From a phage, in sequence record NC_100371.1: a stretch of 64,000 nucleotides of DNA. The stretch is one strand, 5' to 3'. The notes beneath the pieces were generated by a model. It saw only the letters and a program-made list of their open reading frames with translations, was not told the origin of the DNA and searched no databases. Positions 43,930-52,880 of this stretch are shown piece after piece (the stretch's first letter is position 1; each line of letters starts with the position of its first letter). A program made the position numbers and the translations under genes.

Positions 43930-44463
43930 ATGACTTGTGCTAGAAAACCTGACGAACAACGTAACGCCTATGATGAATATGTGACACCAGAGTGGTGTGC
44001 AGAAGGGTTGTATGACCTCATTCCGTTCCCAGAAGATTGGACCTATTTGGAGCCTTGCAGGAATAGCGCCTCAGGTGTGTTCTACTCCCGTATGCCGTTA
44101 GGATCTGCATGGGGAGAAATCCAAGAAGGTGTTGACTATCTGAATACAGAATACAACCATGTTGACTGTATTATCACCAACCCGCCGTACAGCCTGGCTC
44201 GTGAGTTTGTGGACAAGGCGTTGAAAGATGCCGACGTAGTTATTATGCTTTTGCGTCTTAATTTTCTGGAAAGCAAGGCCAGATTTGAATGGTGGCTTGA
44301 TAATGCCCCTACCACTGTGATCACAATATCTAAGCGTCCATCATTCCAATCGAATGGCAGAACTGACGGGCAAGCATATGCATATTTTGTGTGGGACAAG
44401 AAGAACCGTTTAGACCTACCACCATTTATGTGGTTGGCACCTCCGGAGGCAGACTTGAAATGA
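43930..44463 (+). CDS. phage-type DNA N6-adenine methyltransferase (Dam-like, orphan)
   Basis: 177 aa with IITNPPYS (NPPY) catalytic motif. Confidence 0.6.
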   Translation: MTCARKPDEQRNAYDEYVTPEWCAEGLYDLIPFPEDWTYLEPCRNSASGVFYSRMPLGSAWGEIQEGVDYLNTEYNHVDCIITNPPYSLAREFVDKALKDADVVIMLLRLNFLESKARFEWWLDNAPTTVITISKRPSFQSNGRTDGQAYAYFVWDKKNRLDLPPFMWLAPPEADLK

Positions 44464-44744
44464 AAATGAGTGCTAAGGACAAGTTGCACCAGTTAGCGCT
44501 AAAACGTCCTGTAACTCTCCCTGACGAGCTTAACTCCATTTATGATGCGATTGTAGGGGAGATACAAAATAAGGCGTTAGCAGGCTTTCTGGGATGCGGA
44601 TTTTCGATAAATCTTCCATCACACCTCTCAGACTACTTCCCACACATCGTTGGGGATTTGAGGGCAGGAGGTCTGCAGGTGGATGTTGTTGGCATCTCCC
44701 CGGAGAAAAATAACACAGTTGCCTACTTGACAGTGACCTGGTAG
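44460..44744 (+). CDS. hypothetical protein
   Basis: ATG 44460 overlaps upstream stop (ATGA); MKMSAKDKLHQ... Confidence 0.35.
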   Translation: MKMSAKDKLHQLALKRPVTLPDELNSIYDAIVGEIQNKALAGFLGCGFSINLPSHLSDYFPHIVGDLRAGGLQVDVVGISPEKNNTVAYLTVTW

Positions 44745-44779
44745 TAGTGTATTTTGTTTTCAACAAGAGGGGGTCATCT

Positions 44780-45019
44780 ATGTATAAGTCATTTTCAATT
44801 TACTCAAGACAGGCAAAACACTACACAGAGATTCTGATCACTCAGAAAAAATCTGTGGAAGGTGAGTGGGAATATCATCATAAAATGTTGCGTCCAGACT
44901 GGGTTTTTGATAGGCTTATTGCTATGATCCCTCTTGGAGAAGTATACCCTCTGACAGGTCATAGGGATGCTTGGGATTTAATTGACTATATAGATTCATT
45001 TAAGGAGCCTAGATTATGA
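44780..45019 (+). CDS. hypothetical protein
   Basis: ATG 44780 with AGAGGGGG RBS (MYKSFSIYSRQ...). Confidence 0.35.
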   Translation: MYKSFSIYSRQAKHYTEILITQKKSVEGEWEYHHKMLRPDWVFDRLIAMIPLGEVYPLTGHRDAWDLIDYIDSFKEPRL

Positions 45020-45414
45020 AGATTGAGATTACTGAAGAAGGTAAGAAAGTCTCTGGTAACTATGCAACAGTTATCCGTGATGTAATGTTCGAAGTCACTA
45101 AGATTGGCACATCCAAGGTTGGTCAAACGGTGAGTGTGCAAGGTAATATCACCTCAGGAGAGAAGATATTCATCGTGATAAAAGGCCAGGATCCTGTAGA
45201 AGGGACAGTTGGACGTGGTGGATACTTGTGTATCTCTGAAGAGCCTCGCATGCTAGTTGCTGATAACTCCACAGGTAAAAAGCGAGTATGTAACACGGAC
45301 GAGGTGATGATTATCTATCCAGTCAACCCGGATGATCCGGCAACATGGATTGTGGGAAATGAAATCTTCTCTTTAGAAGAGTTATCCTTCCCAGCTCCGC
45401 GATCTGTTCAGTAA
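45016..45414 (+). CDS. hypothetical protein
   Basis: 132-aa ORF, AAGGAG RBS. Confidence 0.4.
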   Translation: MKIEITEEGKKVSGNYATVIRDVMFEVTKIGTSKVGQTVSVQGNITSGEKIFIVIKGQDPVEGTVGRGGYLCISEEPRMLVADNSTGKKRVCNTDEVMIIYPVNPDDPATWIVGNEIFSLEELSFPAPRSVQ

Positions 45415-45453
45415 TAATTTATCTTACCAGGGACGGTAAAAGCAGGAGGTAGC

Positions 45454-45687
45454 ATGAAAGTTAAATTTCTTACAGATTTAGGGTACCCTTCCTTGGTTGA
45501 CTGCGTTGGTAAAATTGTGGAAGCAAAACGGCTATCTGCAAACGATAATGTTGTCATGGTTAAGGGAAAAGATTTACTAGCTGCAGGTGCAGAGTCTGGC
45601 AGGATCTCTCCTGACTATACGTATTACCTGTCTTTAAGTAATCTACCAGAACGAGGCGGCAAAGGCCTTGAAGTTGTGGAGGAGTGA
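45454..45687 (+). CDS. small acidic protein, paralogous family member
   Basis: MKVKFL... N-terminus, DLLAAGA motif, C-terminal LEVVEE; shared with ORFs at 49111 and 49325. Confidence 0.5.
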   Translation: MKVKFLTDLGYPSLVDCVGKIVEAKRLSANDNVVMVKGKDLLAAGAESGRISPDYTYYLSLSNLPERGGKGLEVVEE

Positions 45688-46229
45688 CAGGTATGCTTCT
45701 GATTAACTGGGAAGACCTCTATGGGGACAAAGACCCTGTTGCGTTTGTTGATCGTAGGTGGAGGTACACTGAAGAACAACTGGCTGCAAAAAATTTAACT
45801 GCAAAACGCAGAAAGATCATCCAGTGCAAGTACAAATACGCACAGTTTGCTGCAAAAGTGTCTCCACAAATCGAGAGTTTTGTACTTAAATTGTATGACG
45901 AGTACCTCAAATTCAAATTGGATTTTGTACAGGTATACCGTGCACAGGTACGTCCAGATACCAACATCTGCAGATGGAAGGTTGTTTGTGATGGTAAAGA
46001 TTTGCCGCTCAGTTTGACAATTGAGTGGCGTTGGGGGTATCATGAGTGCGGTTTGTATGATATTTGGGATGTCATTGTAGATCCTGCTAAGTACCTGAAC
46101 ACAGAGGAGCTGGAATATATCAATAAGGTTATTCTAGATATGTTTTTCAGCTACACCCATGAAAACTCTGAGAAAGAACGGGATAATTTTCTTGACACCC
46201 TCGGCAACCACCTGCAGTGTACAATTTAA
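45684..46229 (+). CDS. hypothetical protein
   Basis: 181-aa ORF. Confidence 0.4.
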   Translation: MTGMLLINWEDLYGDKDPVAFVDRRWRYTEEQLAAKNLTAKRRKIIQCKYKYAQFAAKVSPQIESFVLKLYDEYLKFKLDFVQVYRAQVRPDTNICRWKVVCDGKDLPLSLTIEWRWGYHECGLYDIWDVIVDPAKYLNTEELEYINKVILDMFFSYTHENSEKERDNFLDTLGNHLQCTI

Positions 46230-46247
46230 CCTACAAAGGAGGAGCCA

Positions 46248-46484
46248 ATGAGTATAGATGCTGTGCTGATAGGTTACCTGGTAGTAGCTGTTATAACAGC
46301 AGTAATCTTGGCAGGTATATGCATCGTGTCTACACGAAGGGTGAAGTTTGATGATTTTATCACCATCATCACTGCTGCGCCCTTTTGGCCTGTTGTTATC
46401 TTCATCGTAATAATGTGCCTAGTTGATTACCACAAGAATATCCGTAAGGAGAAAAAGGAGAGTAGGGATGGATACCGCACCTAA
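46248..46484 (+). CDS. small membrane protein (two predicted TM helices)
   Basis: 78 aa, hydrophobic segments LIGYLVVAVITAVILAGICIV and AAPFWPVVIFIVIMCLV, basic C-terminus. Confidence 0.45.
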   Translation: MSIDAVLIGYLVVAVITAVILAGICIVSTRRVKFDDFITIITAAPFWPVVIFIVIMCLVDYHKNIRKEKKESRDGYRT

Positions 46485-46620
46485 AACTGTTTATACTGTT
46501 CTTAAAGAGATTGCGTTCTACGCAGATCTTAGCCGGGCACCTTTATGGGAAAAGAATATGTATTTAAAATGGTGCGTGAAATTAGGGGGGCCTTCTAATG
46601 TTTCAAGCCATGTTTATTGA
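46468..46620 (+). CDS. hypothetical small protein
   Basis: Internal ATG 46468 with AAGGAGA RBS (MDTAPKTVYTVLKE...). Confidence 0.3.
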   Translation: MDTAPKTVYTVLKEIAFYADLSRAPLWEKNMYLKWCVKLGGPSNVSSHVY

Positions 46621-46703
46621 AATGCTCTCTGGGGTATTACTGCTGGTAGCCATTTTGGGTGGCGCGGCACTGATGTATAATTATCTTGAAAAAGGGGACA
46701 GTA

Positions 46704-46889
46704 ATGACAAAAAATAAATCCTTAGAACAGGCTGAAAACCTTCTCCACGAGCTGGTAAAGGAGTGGAAAGTTGAATACTCAGATTTTAATGCAAGAGAGG
46801 GGGAAGATTATTGGCCTACAGAGCGCTCAGAGGGAGAGTGGTATCAAGATTTCATAGAATGGCTATATCAGACGTGCGATGAGGGGTGA
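46704..46889 (+). CDS. hypothetical small protein
   Basis: ATG 46704 after AAAGGGGA (MTKNKSLEQAENLL...). Confidence 0.35.
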   Translation: MTKNKSLEQAENLLHELVKEWKVEYSDFNAREGEDYWPTERSEGEWYQDFIEWLYQTCDEG

Positions 46890-47347
46890 CGATGTTTGTT
46901 AAATATGTAAAAACGTGCCTCAACAACCTTGGTAGAGAGCATTGGTACACACTGCTTGAAAAAGGAGAAATTTTAACAAAATCTGGAAAGATAACTTTGA
47001 TACCTTTGGACGATAAAGACCCGTCACTACTTGTCATAGATGATTACGTTACAGGTGTGTCGTACGAGGTATCTGTGGAGAGGTTAATACGCAGATCTGG
47101 AGGTCCTTATGACCGAAGAGAGTATGTTTTCGATTCCGTTACAGAGAAGGAAGATCCGTCCCTAATGTTTAGAATGGTAATCAGGGATATGAAATCATCT
47201 ATAAATAGGATCGTAAAGGACATTAAGGAGCCTTTTAGGGTAAAAGTTAAGAAGTTTTTTGATTCTAAGATCAACATACTCGCCGTTGTGCTAGGCGTAA
47301 TTCAACTTCTGTTAATTTTGCACTATTTTGAACTGTTGTTTAAGTAA
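46886..47347 (+). CDS. hypothetical protein with C-terminal hydrophobic helix
   Basis: 153-aa ORF; C-terminal ILAVVLGVIQLLLILHYF. Confidence 0.4.
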   Translation: MTMFVKYVKTCLNNLGREHWYTLLEKGEILTKSGKITLIPLDDKDPSLLVIDDYVTGVSYEVSVERLIRRSGGPYDRREYVFDSVTEKEDPSLMFRMVIRDMKSSINRIVKDIKEPFRVKVKKFFDSKINILAVVLGVIQLLLILHYFELLFK

Positions 47348-47407
47348 TGTGCATTATGGCACAAAGGATGTGCCATAATTAAATAAACTAAGAAAGAGGT
47401 AGAGAGA

Positions 47408-47755
47408 ATGTCAAAGATTAAATCGATATTAATGTGGGTGGCTGTTGTAGCTTTTGTAGGATACTGGACTTGGGAAACTGAATTAAAAGATATTGGGTAT
47501 ACCAGCCTTGAGAGCAAGGCGTGCATTGGCATAACCGATGCATTCAGGCAGAATGCTATGGATCACGAATGTGTCGATGCAGATATAGATGAGAAACTGT
47601 CTAAGGACAAAGATTTTTACCATGGTCATGCCTTGCTTGATAGTGGTGACACTGTGGAATTCTGGTCGTGGTTCCGTGAAGATGGGACAATAAAGACAGC
47701 AGTAAAGATTTCCAACAAAGAGTTGATGCTGTTGCAGCAGAAGGAGGTGCAATGA
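47408..47755 (+). CDS. hypothetical protein with N-terminal signal/TM segment
   Basis: 115-aa ORF; N-terminal ILMWVAVVAFVGYW; AGAGGTAGAGAGA RBS. Confidence 0.4.
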   Translation: MSKIKSILMWVAVVAFVGYWTWETELKDIGYTSLESKACIGITDAFRQNAMDHECVDADIDEKLSKDKDFYHGHALLDSGDTVEFWSWFREDGTIKTAVKISNKELMLLQQKEVQ

Positions 47756-48039
47756 TCTGGATATCCTACGCTGATGGCACCATGCTGTATACTGCAGGTA
47801 CTAGATATGAAGTTAAGGAGGACGATAAAAAATTTATCGTAAAAACATTTGACAAGGACGACAACCTTTTGCTAGAATTGACTTACAAGGTTGGGGATGT
47901 ATCTAGCATCCAATTAGATTGCGGTCATAAAGATAACCCGCTCAAGAAACCTGGGGTAGGTAAAGCTTCAGAAGAACGCCTGTCTCGTATTGCAGAAAGC
48001 GTTTCTGCACAAAAATCTAAAAAGGGGACTAGAAAATGA
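47752..48039 (+). CDS. hypothetical protein
   Basis: 95-aa ORF, overlapping stop/start. Confidence 0.35.
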   Translation: MIWISYADGTMLYTAGTRYEVKEDDKKFIVKTFDKDDNLLLELTYKVGDVSSIQLDCGHKDNPLKKPGVGKASEERLSRIAESVSAQKSKKGTRK

Positions 48040-48230
48040 AAAACTTACATTTTAACACTTATTACTACAACACTTTGAATGATTTGTATTATATTGTTCG
48101 AAGTAAAAATCCTGAAACAGTCCTATTCTGCCGCGAACCTTTCAAAGGAGAGGAAGTGGAGTCTGAGATGAATGTTAGCCAGATTACCTCTTTGTTGCTC
48201 TCAGGTGCAATGGAAGAAGCAATATTCTAA
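48036..48230 (+). CDS. hypothetical protein
   Basis: 64-aa ORF, overlapping stop/start. Confidence 0.3.
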   Translation: MKNLHFNTYYYNTLNDLYYIVRSKNPETVLFCREPFKGEEVESEMNVSQITSLLLSGAMEEAIF

Positions 48231-48248
48231 ACCAGGCGGGAGGGTTTT

Positions 48249-48434
48249 ATGAAGCACTATTGTCTGTCTGGTAGGATGGGGGTGGATTGTGATTGGGTTT
48301 TCTTAAAACTTGTCAGCGTTCGAGAGTCCATCCCAGAGGAAGAGCAAGAAAGTGAGCTGATGTCATGGATCAACTATTACGGCAACACTTTCCGGCATGT
48401 CAAAATGGAAGAGCTGCCAAACGAGGCTGATTGA
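48249..48434 (+). CDS. hypothetical protein
   Basis: 61-aa ORF. Confidence 0.3.
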   Translation: MKHYCLSGRMGVDCDWVFLKLVSVRESIPEEEQESELMSWINYYGNTFRHVKMEELPNEAD

Positions 48435-48529
48435 TTATGGTCGCATCAATATTAACGTTTATGGGTGGCGTGGCATTCGGATTCATTCTTTGTCTGTTTA
48501 TAGTTATCATGGCTATGCGAGGCTGAATT

Positions 48530-48814
48530 ATGAAACTGTTCGAGTGGTTTAAAAAGTTTAAATACCAGGCTGTTGCTGTATCGAAATGGACCGTCCGCTG
48601 GGTGGACGATGATGGAACACAAATTCCCGGTGATCAGGATACCGGATACTGGGTTATGATGGAGAACGGATTTGGGAAAAGGAAGTTTAAATGTGTTGGT
48701 GCTCCTACTCTTTTAAATGTTAGAAGTGTGCCAGGGTACAGCACTATGGTTGTTTGGGAGCTATCCGGTGTTCCTCCTGCTAATGTGCAATATCTGCCAA
48801 ACCAAGAAAAATAA
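48530..48814 (+). CDS. hypothetical protein
   Basis: 94-aa ORF. Confidence 0.35.
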   Translation: MKLFEWFKKFKYQAVAVSKWTVRWVDDDGTQIPGDQDTGYWVMMENGFGKRKFKCVGAPTLLNVRSVPGYSTMVVWELSGVPPANVQYLPNQEK

Positions 48815-48826
48815 AAGGAGAAGATA

Positions 48827-49111
48827 ATGAGCAATGGTGTTAGCAATAGTGCTGCAGAGTTTAAAGTGATCTGTAAAGGAACTTATTGGATAGTGAAACA
48901 GAAAGTGTACCTATTCGGTTTCATACCGTTTTGGCAGAGATTTTGCTGGGGAGCTAACGAGCTTAAGAGATACGCAACCAAGGCTATGGCACTTATTGGT
49001 ATAGCTGAATACATTGCTGCCAGGGACAGAGAGGGTAAAACTTGTTACTACACTGCTGACGAGATTCGTAACAGTGTTTACGTTCCACAACCGCCCGATG
49101 GAGACCGCTGA
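48827..49111 (+). CDS. hypothetical protein
   Basis: 94-aa ORF, AAGGAGAAGA RBS. Confidence 0.4.
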   Translation: MSNGVSNSAAEFKVICKGTYWIVKQKVYLFGFIPFWQRFCWGANELKRYATKAMALIGIAEYIAARDREGKTCYYTADEIRNSVYVPQPPDGDR

Positions 49112-49335
49112 TGAAAGTTAAAGTTTTAGATTCAAGCTTCTATATTGGTCAGGAGCCCTTAGTGGGGAAAGTGTTTACCGCTATCCCTAACGAAGATTAT
49201 CCTGACCTTTTAAAAATAAAAGGTGCAGATCTTATTGCCGCTGGTGCATCCCAGGAATGCTTTGACAGTCAGTGGACCTACAACTTTGCCCTAGGAGAGG
49301 ATGTGGAGATAGTGGAGGACGATCATGAAGGTTAA
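49111..49335 (+). CDS. small acidic protein, paralogous family member
   Basis: MKVKVLDSSFYIGQ..., DLIAAGA, C-terminal EIVEDD. Confidence 0.5.
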   Translation: MKVKVLDSSFYIGQEPLVGKVFTAIPNEDYPDLLKIKGADLIAAGASQECFDSQWTYNFALGEDVEIVEDDHEG

Positions 49336-49579
49336 AATTCTTGACTCTAACGTCTACTTGGGACAATCCTTCCTGAAAGGAAAGGTAGTACCTGCTGTAT
49401 ACTTCGAAGGGTTGCCGTGGGACGATCCTGTGCGGCAAAATCACAGCCATGTAGGCCACAATGTGGTGTTCATCTTGGGATCAGACCTGATCGCGGCTGG
49501 TGCCCCGGAATATTATTTCGGAGAGGACTCGTATTATGCCTTTGGGGCAGGGTCAGATGCAGATATTTTAGAGCTGTGA
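49325..49579 (+). CDS. small acidic protein, paralogous family member
   Basis: MKVKILDSNVYLGQ..., DLIAAGA, C-terminal DILEL; tandem to 49111. Confidence 0.5.
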   Translation: MKVKILDSNVYLGQSFLKGKVVPAVYFEGLPWDDPVRQNHSHVGHNVVFILGSDLIAAGAPEYYFGEDSYYAFGAGSDADILEL

Positions 49580-49591
49580 TGGGGAACTGTT

Positions 49592-49990
49592 GTGAAAAAT
49601 AAACTGTTCAAAGTTACAATGAAAATTCGCGGAGCTTGGAGCGTAAAGCAAGGGCGTATCCCCGAATTTGAGAAAGACTTCTACGTAGTCTCCACCTCGG
49701 AGGAGGCTGCATGCTGGCAGGCTGGCTATGCCTATGCAAGAACCTGGTACGAAGGATACCAGACTGGAGGCTATGACGGAGAAATTGTCAGTAAGGGTGT
49801 GGAAGAAATTAATGTGTTGACAAGTGAAAAAGTTTTTGTTATAGTGCATCCAGATTCCAGAGTGAAGCATTACTGGAATGCCAGAACAAAAACCTGGACA
49901 CCGTTTGCAGATTCTGCTACACCACTTTTAAACCAGAAAGCTCTTGACTCTGCCCCAAGCTATGGGGTTGTTGAAGAAAAGATAAGCTGA
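49592..49990 (+). CDS. hypothetical protein (paralogue of 51797-52192)
   Basis: VHPDSRVKHYWNARTKTWTP vs RHPHSNIAYYWDVLNNEWTP in 51797 ORF. Confidence 0.45.
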   Translation: MKNKLFKVTMKIRGAWSVKQGRIPEFEKDFYVVSTSEEAACWQAGYAYARTWYEGYQTGGYDGEIVSKGVEEINVLTSEKVFVIVHPDSRVKHYWNARTKTWTPFADSATPLLNQKALDSAPSYGVVEEKIS

Positions 49991-50007
49991 AATAGTGGGG
50001 TGCTTAC

Positions 50008-50298
50008 ATGATGGATTTAGTTTTGGACGCTGATAACACCGGATCGTTTAAAAAAGATGGTGTAATAAGCATGGACCAATCCTGCGATGTCAAGATTGAC
50101 TCAAAATGGACCTACAAGTTTGACGGTGAGATCTTCGCAAATGATGAGAAGGTCGTGGATGCTGTAGCCATTTTAAACGCTTTAGGGTATGACCCTGTGA
50201 ACTCATTGATCAAGGATCCTGTTGAGTTTGCAGAGTATGTTCGTAAAATGGCAGATCTTGCAGTAGATATTTTAAAAACTATCGACAACAAGTTGTAA
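50008..50298 (+). CDS. hypothetical protein
   Basis: 96-aa acidic ORF. Confidence 0.4.
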   Translation: MMDLVLDADNTGSFKKDGVISMDQSCDVKIDSKWTYKFDGEIFANDEKVVDAVAILNALGYDPVNSLIKDPVEFAEYVRKMADLAVDILKTIDNKL

Positions 50299-50304
50299 AA
50301 ACTG

Positions 50305-50333
50305 TTGACACAACGCTTCAGATTTAGTATCAT
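50305..50333 (+). promoter_or_regulatory. sigma70-like promoter (TTGACA-N17-TATCAT) upstream of hpf-like gene
   Basis: TTGACA at 50305-50310, TATCAT at 50328-50333. Confidence 0.55.
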
Positions 50334-50379
50334 TGTTTTCAAAGAGGGGTTGGTCCCTCTTCTTTAAAAGGAACACATT

Positions 50380-50697
50380 ATGCAAATTGAAATCACTGGC
50401 AACGTAGAGATCACTGAAGGTATGGTGTCTTTCATTTCCAACAAAATGTCCAAGCTGGAGCGTTTGCACCCCTCTGCCAACTATGCACGTGTGAGTGTAA
50501 AAGTTGAAAATGATCACCAGGAAGTTATGGCTTTCATTTTTGACACTTCTGGAAAAGAAGTTATCGCCAAAGCTAAAGGTAGTGATGCTTACGAGGCAAC
50601 TGACCGTATGGTAGATGTTGCAGCACGCCAGTTGGCTAAGTGTGGTGGAAAGAAAGGTAAGGGAAAAGGCAAAGTAAAGATTGACTTTTTAGATTAA
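50380..50697 (+). CDS. hpf: ribosome hibernation promoting factor / RaiA (YfiA) family protein
   Basis: MQIEITGNVEITEGMVSFISNKMSKLERL...AKGSDAYEATDRMVDVAARQLAK collinear with bacterial HPF/YfiA (MQLNITG...DMYAAIDGLIDKLARQL); Lys/Gly-rich tail. Confidence 0.65.
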   Translation: MQIEITGNVEITEGMVSFISNKMSKLERLHPSANYARVSVKVENDHQEVMAFIFDTSGKEVIAKAKGSDAYEATDRMVDVAARQLAKCGGKKGKGKGKVKIDFLD

Positions 50698-50834
50698 GGT
50701 GCTACAATGGGCACGATTAAGAAATTAATCCCAAATGTGGAGATTGCATGCTTTGAAATTATGTTTGCAATCGCAGTTGTAGTTAATGTGTTAGGTTACG
50801 GCTATTAATATCAAATAATTGAGGAGACCTCTAA

Positions 50835-51104
50835 ATGAAAATTAAATTATTCCAAACTGAGCTGGCAGACAAAAACTGTGGACTGGTTGAAGGCATGATC
50901 GTTGAAGCACAACCAGTTGACTACATGAAGGTGGTTCGTGATGCCCTGGGTGAAGGTTTTGATCTGATGGAGCCAGCTCTGCGAGAAGATGTCATCGAAA
51001 TGGCTAAAAAGCACACACCGGAAGGTTTGGTAGTGTTTGTTGCTCCAGGTAATGGAGAGGAGTTGATTGTAACTCCGGATGTGTATGAGGTTGTAGAAGA
51101 GTAA
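50835..51104 (+). CDS. small acidic protein, paralogous family member
   Basis: MKIKLFQ... N-terminus and C-terminal YEVVEE. Confidence 0.45.
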   Translation: MKIKLFQTELADKNCGLVEGMIVEAQPVDYMKVVRDALGEGFDLMEPALREDVIEMAKKHTPEGLVVFVAPGNGEELIVTPDVYEVVEE

Positions 51105-51196
51105 TCCTGCTTGGGTTGGAATACTTTCCTCGACAAGAAAGGTTTATAATTATTTGTGGGAAAGGAATCCCCATCTCTTACCAGAGGTGATACTAT

Positions 51197-51460
51197 ATGA
51201 TTGTTTATTTTAAAACTTCAGGTGGATACCCTGATTCTCAAAGCTTGATTGGAAAAACGTGCACAGCATACTCACCTCTTGATGAGGAGGTAAGTGGTAT
51301 CCTACGAGATATGTATCGGATTGATCCACAAGAAGCTTTTGATCAAAACCTTGTATTTGTCAAGGGATCAGACATAAAGTCTTTGGGGGCATTCCCTGAA
51401 GCAGATGATGATGCTGTTTATTCGTTTATGACACCTTTTGAAGCTATGGTTGTGGGGTAA
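51197..51460 (+). CDS. small acidic protein, paralogous family member
   Basis: VKGSDIKSLGAF motif resembling KGADLIAAGA of 49111. Confidence 0.4.
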   Translation: MIVYFKTSGGYPDSQSLIGKTCTAYSPLDEEVSGILRDMYRIDPQEAFDQNLVFVKGSDIKSLGAFPEADDDAVYSFMTPFEAMVVG

Positions 51461-51464
51461 GAAT

Positions 51465-51797
51465 ATGAAAGTACGCTTTATTGGTGAAACAATTCCTGTG
51501 CATCTCCGGTCTCCTGAAGACTCTGCAGATCTTGCATCTCAAAAGGCGAGAGGGTATGATAAGAAAGTGATCTCAAGCAATGTAGAGCTTGAGGCCACCA
51601 GTCTGCCTGACCCAGCTGCATTCTTCAATCATTATGGCTACTATTTTAGCAATCTGATGAATATTGGTGAGCTTGTGTTTATTAGTGGTGGAGAGATAGT
51701 TAGCAAGCTTGGTGGAGATCCGGATATCTTTCATGAAACCTGTCCTTTTGCATTTGTGGTGGGTTCAGATGTGGAAGTTATTGAGGAGGTTCGGTAA
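51465..51797 (+). CDS. small acidic protein, paralogous family member
   Basis: Start at internal ATG (MKVRFIGE...), C-terminal VEVIEEVR. Confidence 0.4.
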   Translation: MKVRFIGETIPVHLRSPEDSADLASQKARGYDKKVISSNVELEATSLPDPAAFFNHYGYYFSNLMNIGELVFISGGEIVSKLGGDPDIFHETCPFAFVVGSDVEVIEEVR

Positions 51798-52192
51798 TGG
51801 TAAGTCTATACCGTGTTGAGTATAGCTCGGATACTGTATACAACGTAAGAAGCAAAGATCGCAGTGATAGAGTGCAAGAAATGTATGTTCTTGCAGATAG
51901 TCCGTTATCTGCAGCGTTCAAGGCAGGAGCTCTTGCATCTCGTTGGAAATTTGAGGGTGGATCTTTCTATGAAGAAACCCTTGAAGATTCTGTTGTTATT
52001 TCTTCTGTAGAGGTTTCAACCGACTACGAAGGGAAAAAGTTCGTAATGCGGCACCCACACAGCAATATTGCGTACTACTGGGATGTTCTGAACAATGAGT
52101 GGACCCCTGATCTTCAGAAGGCCACTGTTCTAACCCCATTCCTGGCAGATAAGTTCCCACCAGAAGGTAATTTATCTGCACTGTTTCAGTAA
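51797..52192 (+). CDS. hypothetical protein (paralogue of 49592-49990)
   Basis: Shared RHPHSNIAYYWDVLNNEWTP block. Confidence 0.45.
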   Translation: MVSLYRVEYSSDTVYNVRSKDRSDRVQEMYVLADSPLSAAFKAGALASRWKFEGGSFYEETLEDSVVISSVEVSTDYEGKKFVMRHPHSNIAYYWDVLNNEWTPDLQKATVLTPFLADKFPPEGNLSALFQ

Positions 52193-52210
52193 TTTTATGC
52201 CACACAGGTG

Positions 52211-52239
52211 TTGACAACACCAACCCTGTGTGCAATAAT
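52211..52239 (+). promoter_or_regulatory. candidate sigma70-like promoter (TTGACA-N17-AATAAT) inside an inverted repeat
   Basis: TTGACA at 52211-52216; flanked by CACACAGG/CCTGTGTG inverted repeat. Confidence 0.4.
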
Positions 52240-52268
52240 ACCTTCATCTTAACAAGATAGGAGACCGA

Positions 52269-52529
52269 TTGATGAAGATTAAATTGAAAAACCTTGAAAC
52301 GGCAGAGATTCAGGAAGGTGTTGATTTCCGTTCTAAAGATGGAGACATCCTAGAGGCGAATGTCCCGACATATAAGTTGATTAAAGGTTTTGGCAACGTT
52401 CCGGAGGAGGATATTACAGACATTCTTATGATGTTGATCCTTGACGGGACTGTGTTTGTAGGTGAAGGTGAGAACGCTATTGCAATCCCGAGCCATTTTT
52501 ATGAAGTAGTTGACGAAGAGGTGCTGTAA
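52269..52529 (+). CDS. small acidic protein, paralogous family member
   Basis: MMKIKLKNLE..., C-terminal YEVVDEEVL. Confidence 0.45.
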   Translation: MMKIKLKNLETAEIQEGVDFRSKDGDILEANVPTYKLIKGFGNVPEEDITDILMMLILDGTVFVGEGENAIAIPSHFYEVVDEEVL

Positions 52530-52880
52530 ATGAAAGTAGAGATCACAGGTTTTGATATGAATGCGGTTCCGGAAGATATTTTAGCTAAACTCCCGGAAGG
52601 TTTTGGTAACGGTGTTGTGGTTGATGCTGTTCCTCCTACCAAAGACATCCTGCTGCAGTATGGTGTGGCAGAGGAAGATGTTGATAAAGTTCTTACAATG
52701 ATGGCAATCGACCGTGTTGTCGTTGTTAAAGGTCTTGAAGGTTTTGATAACGATCCTCTGATTATTCGTGGTGATGACTATCGCATCATCGACAACGAAG
52801 GCCAAGAGTTCTACGAACCTTCTGCTGAAGATGTTCTTAACTTACTACTGGAAGCAGGCACCGAAGAGGAGGAAGAATAA
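52530..52880 (+). CDS. small acidic protein, paralogous family member
   Basis: MKVEITGFD..., acidic C-terminus TEEEEE. Confidence 0.45.
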   Translation: MKVEITGFDMNAVPEDILAKLPEGFGNGVVVDAVPPTKDILLQYGVAEEDVDKVLTMMAIDRVVVVKGLEGFDNDPLIIRGDDYRIIDNEGQEFYEPSAEDVLNLLLEAGTEEEEE

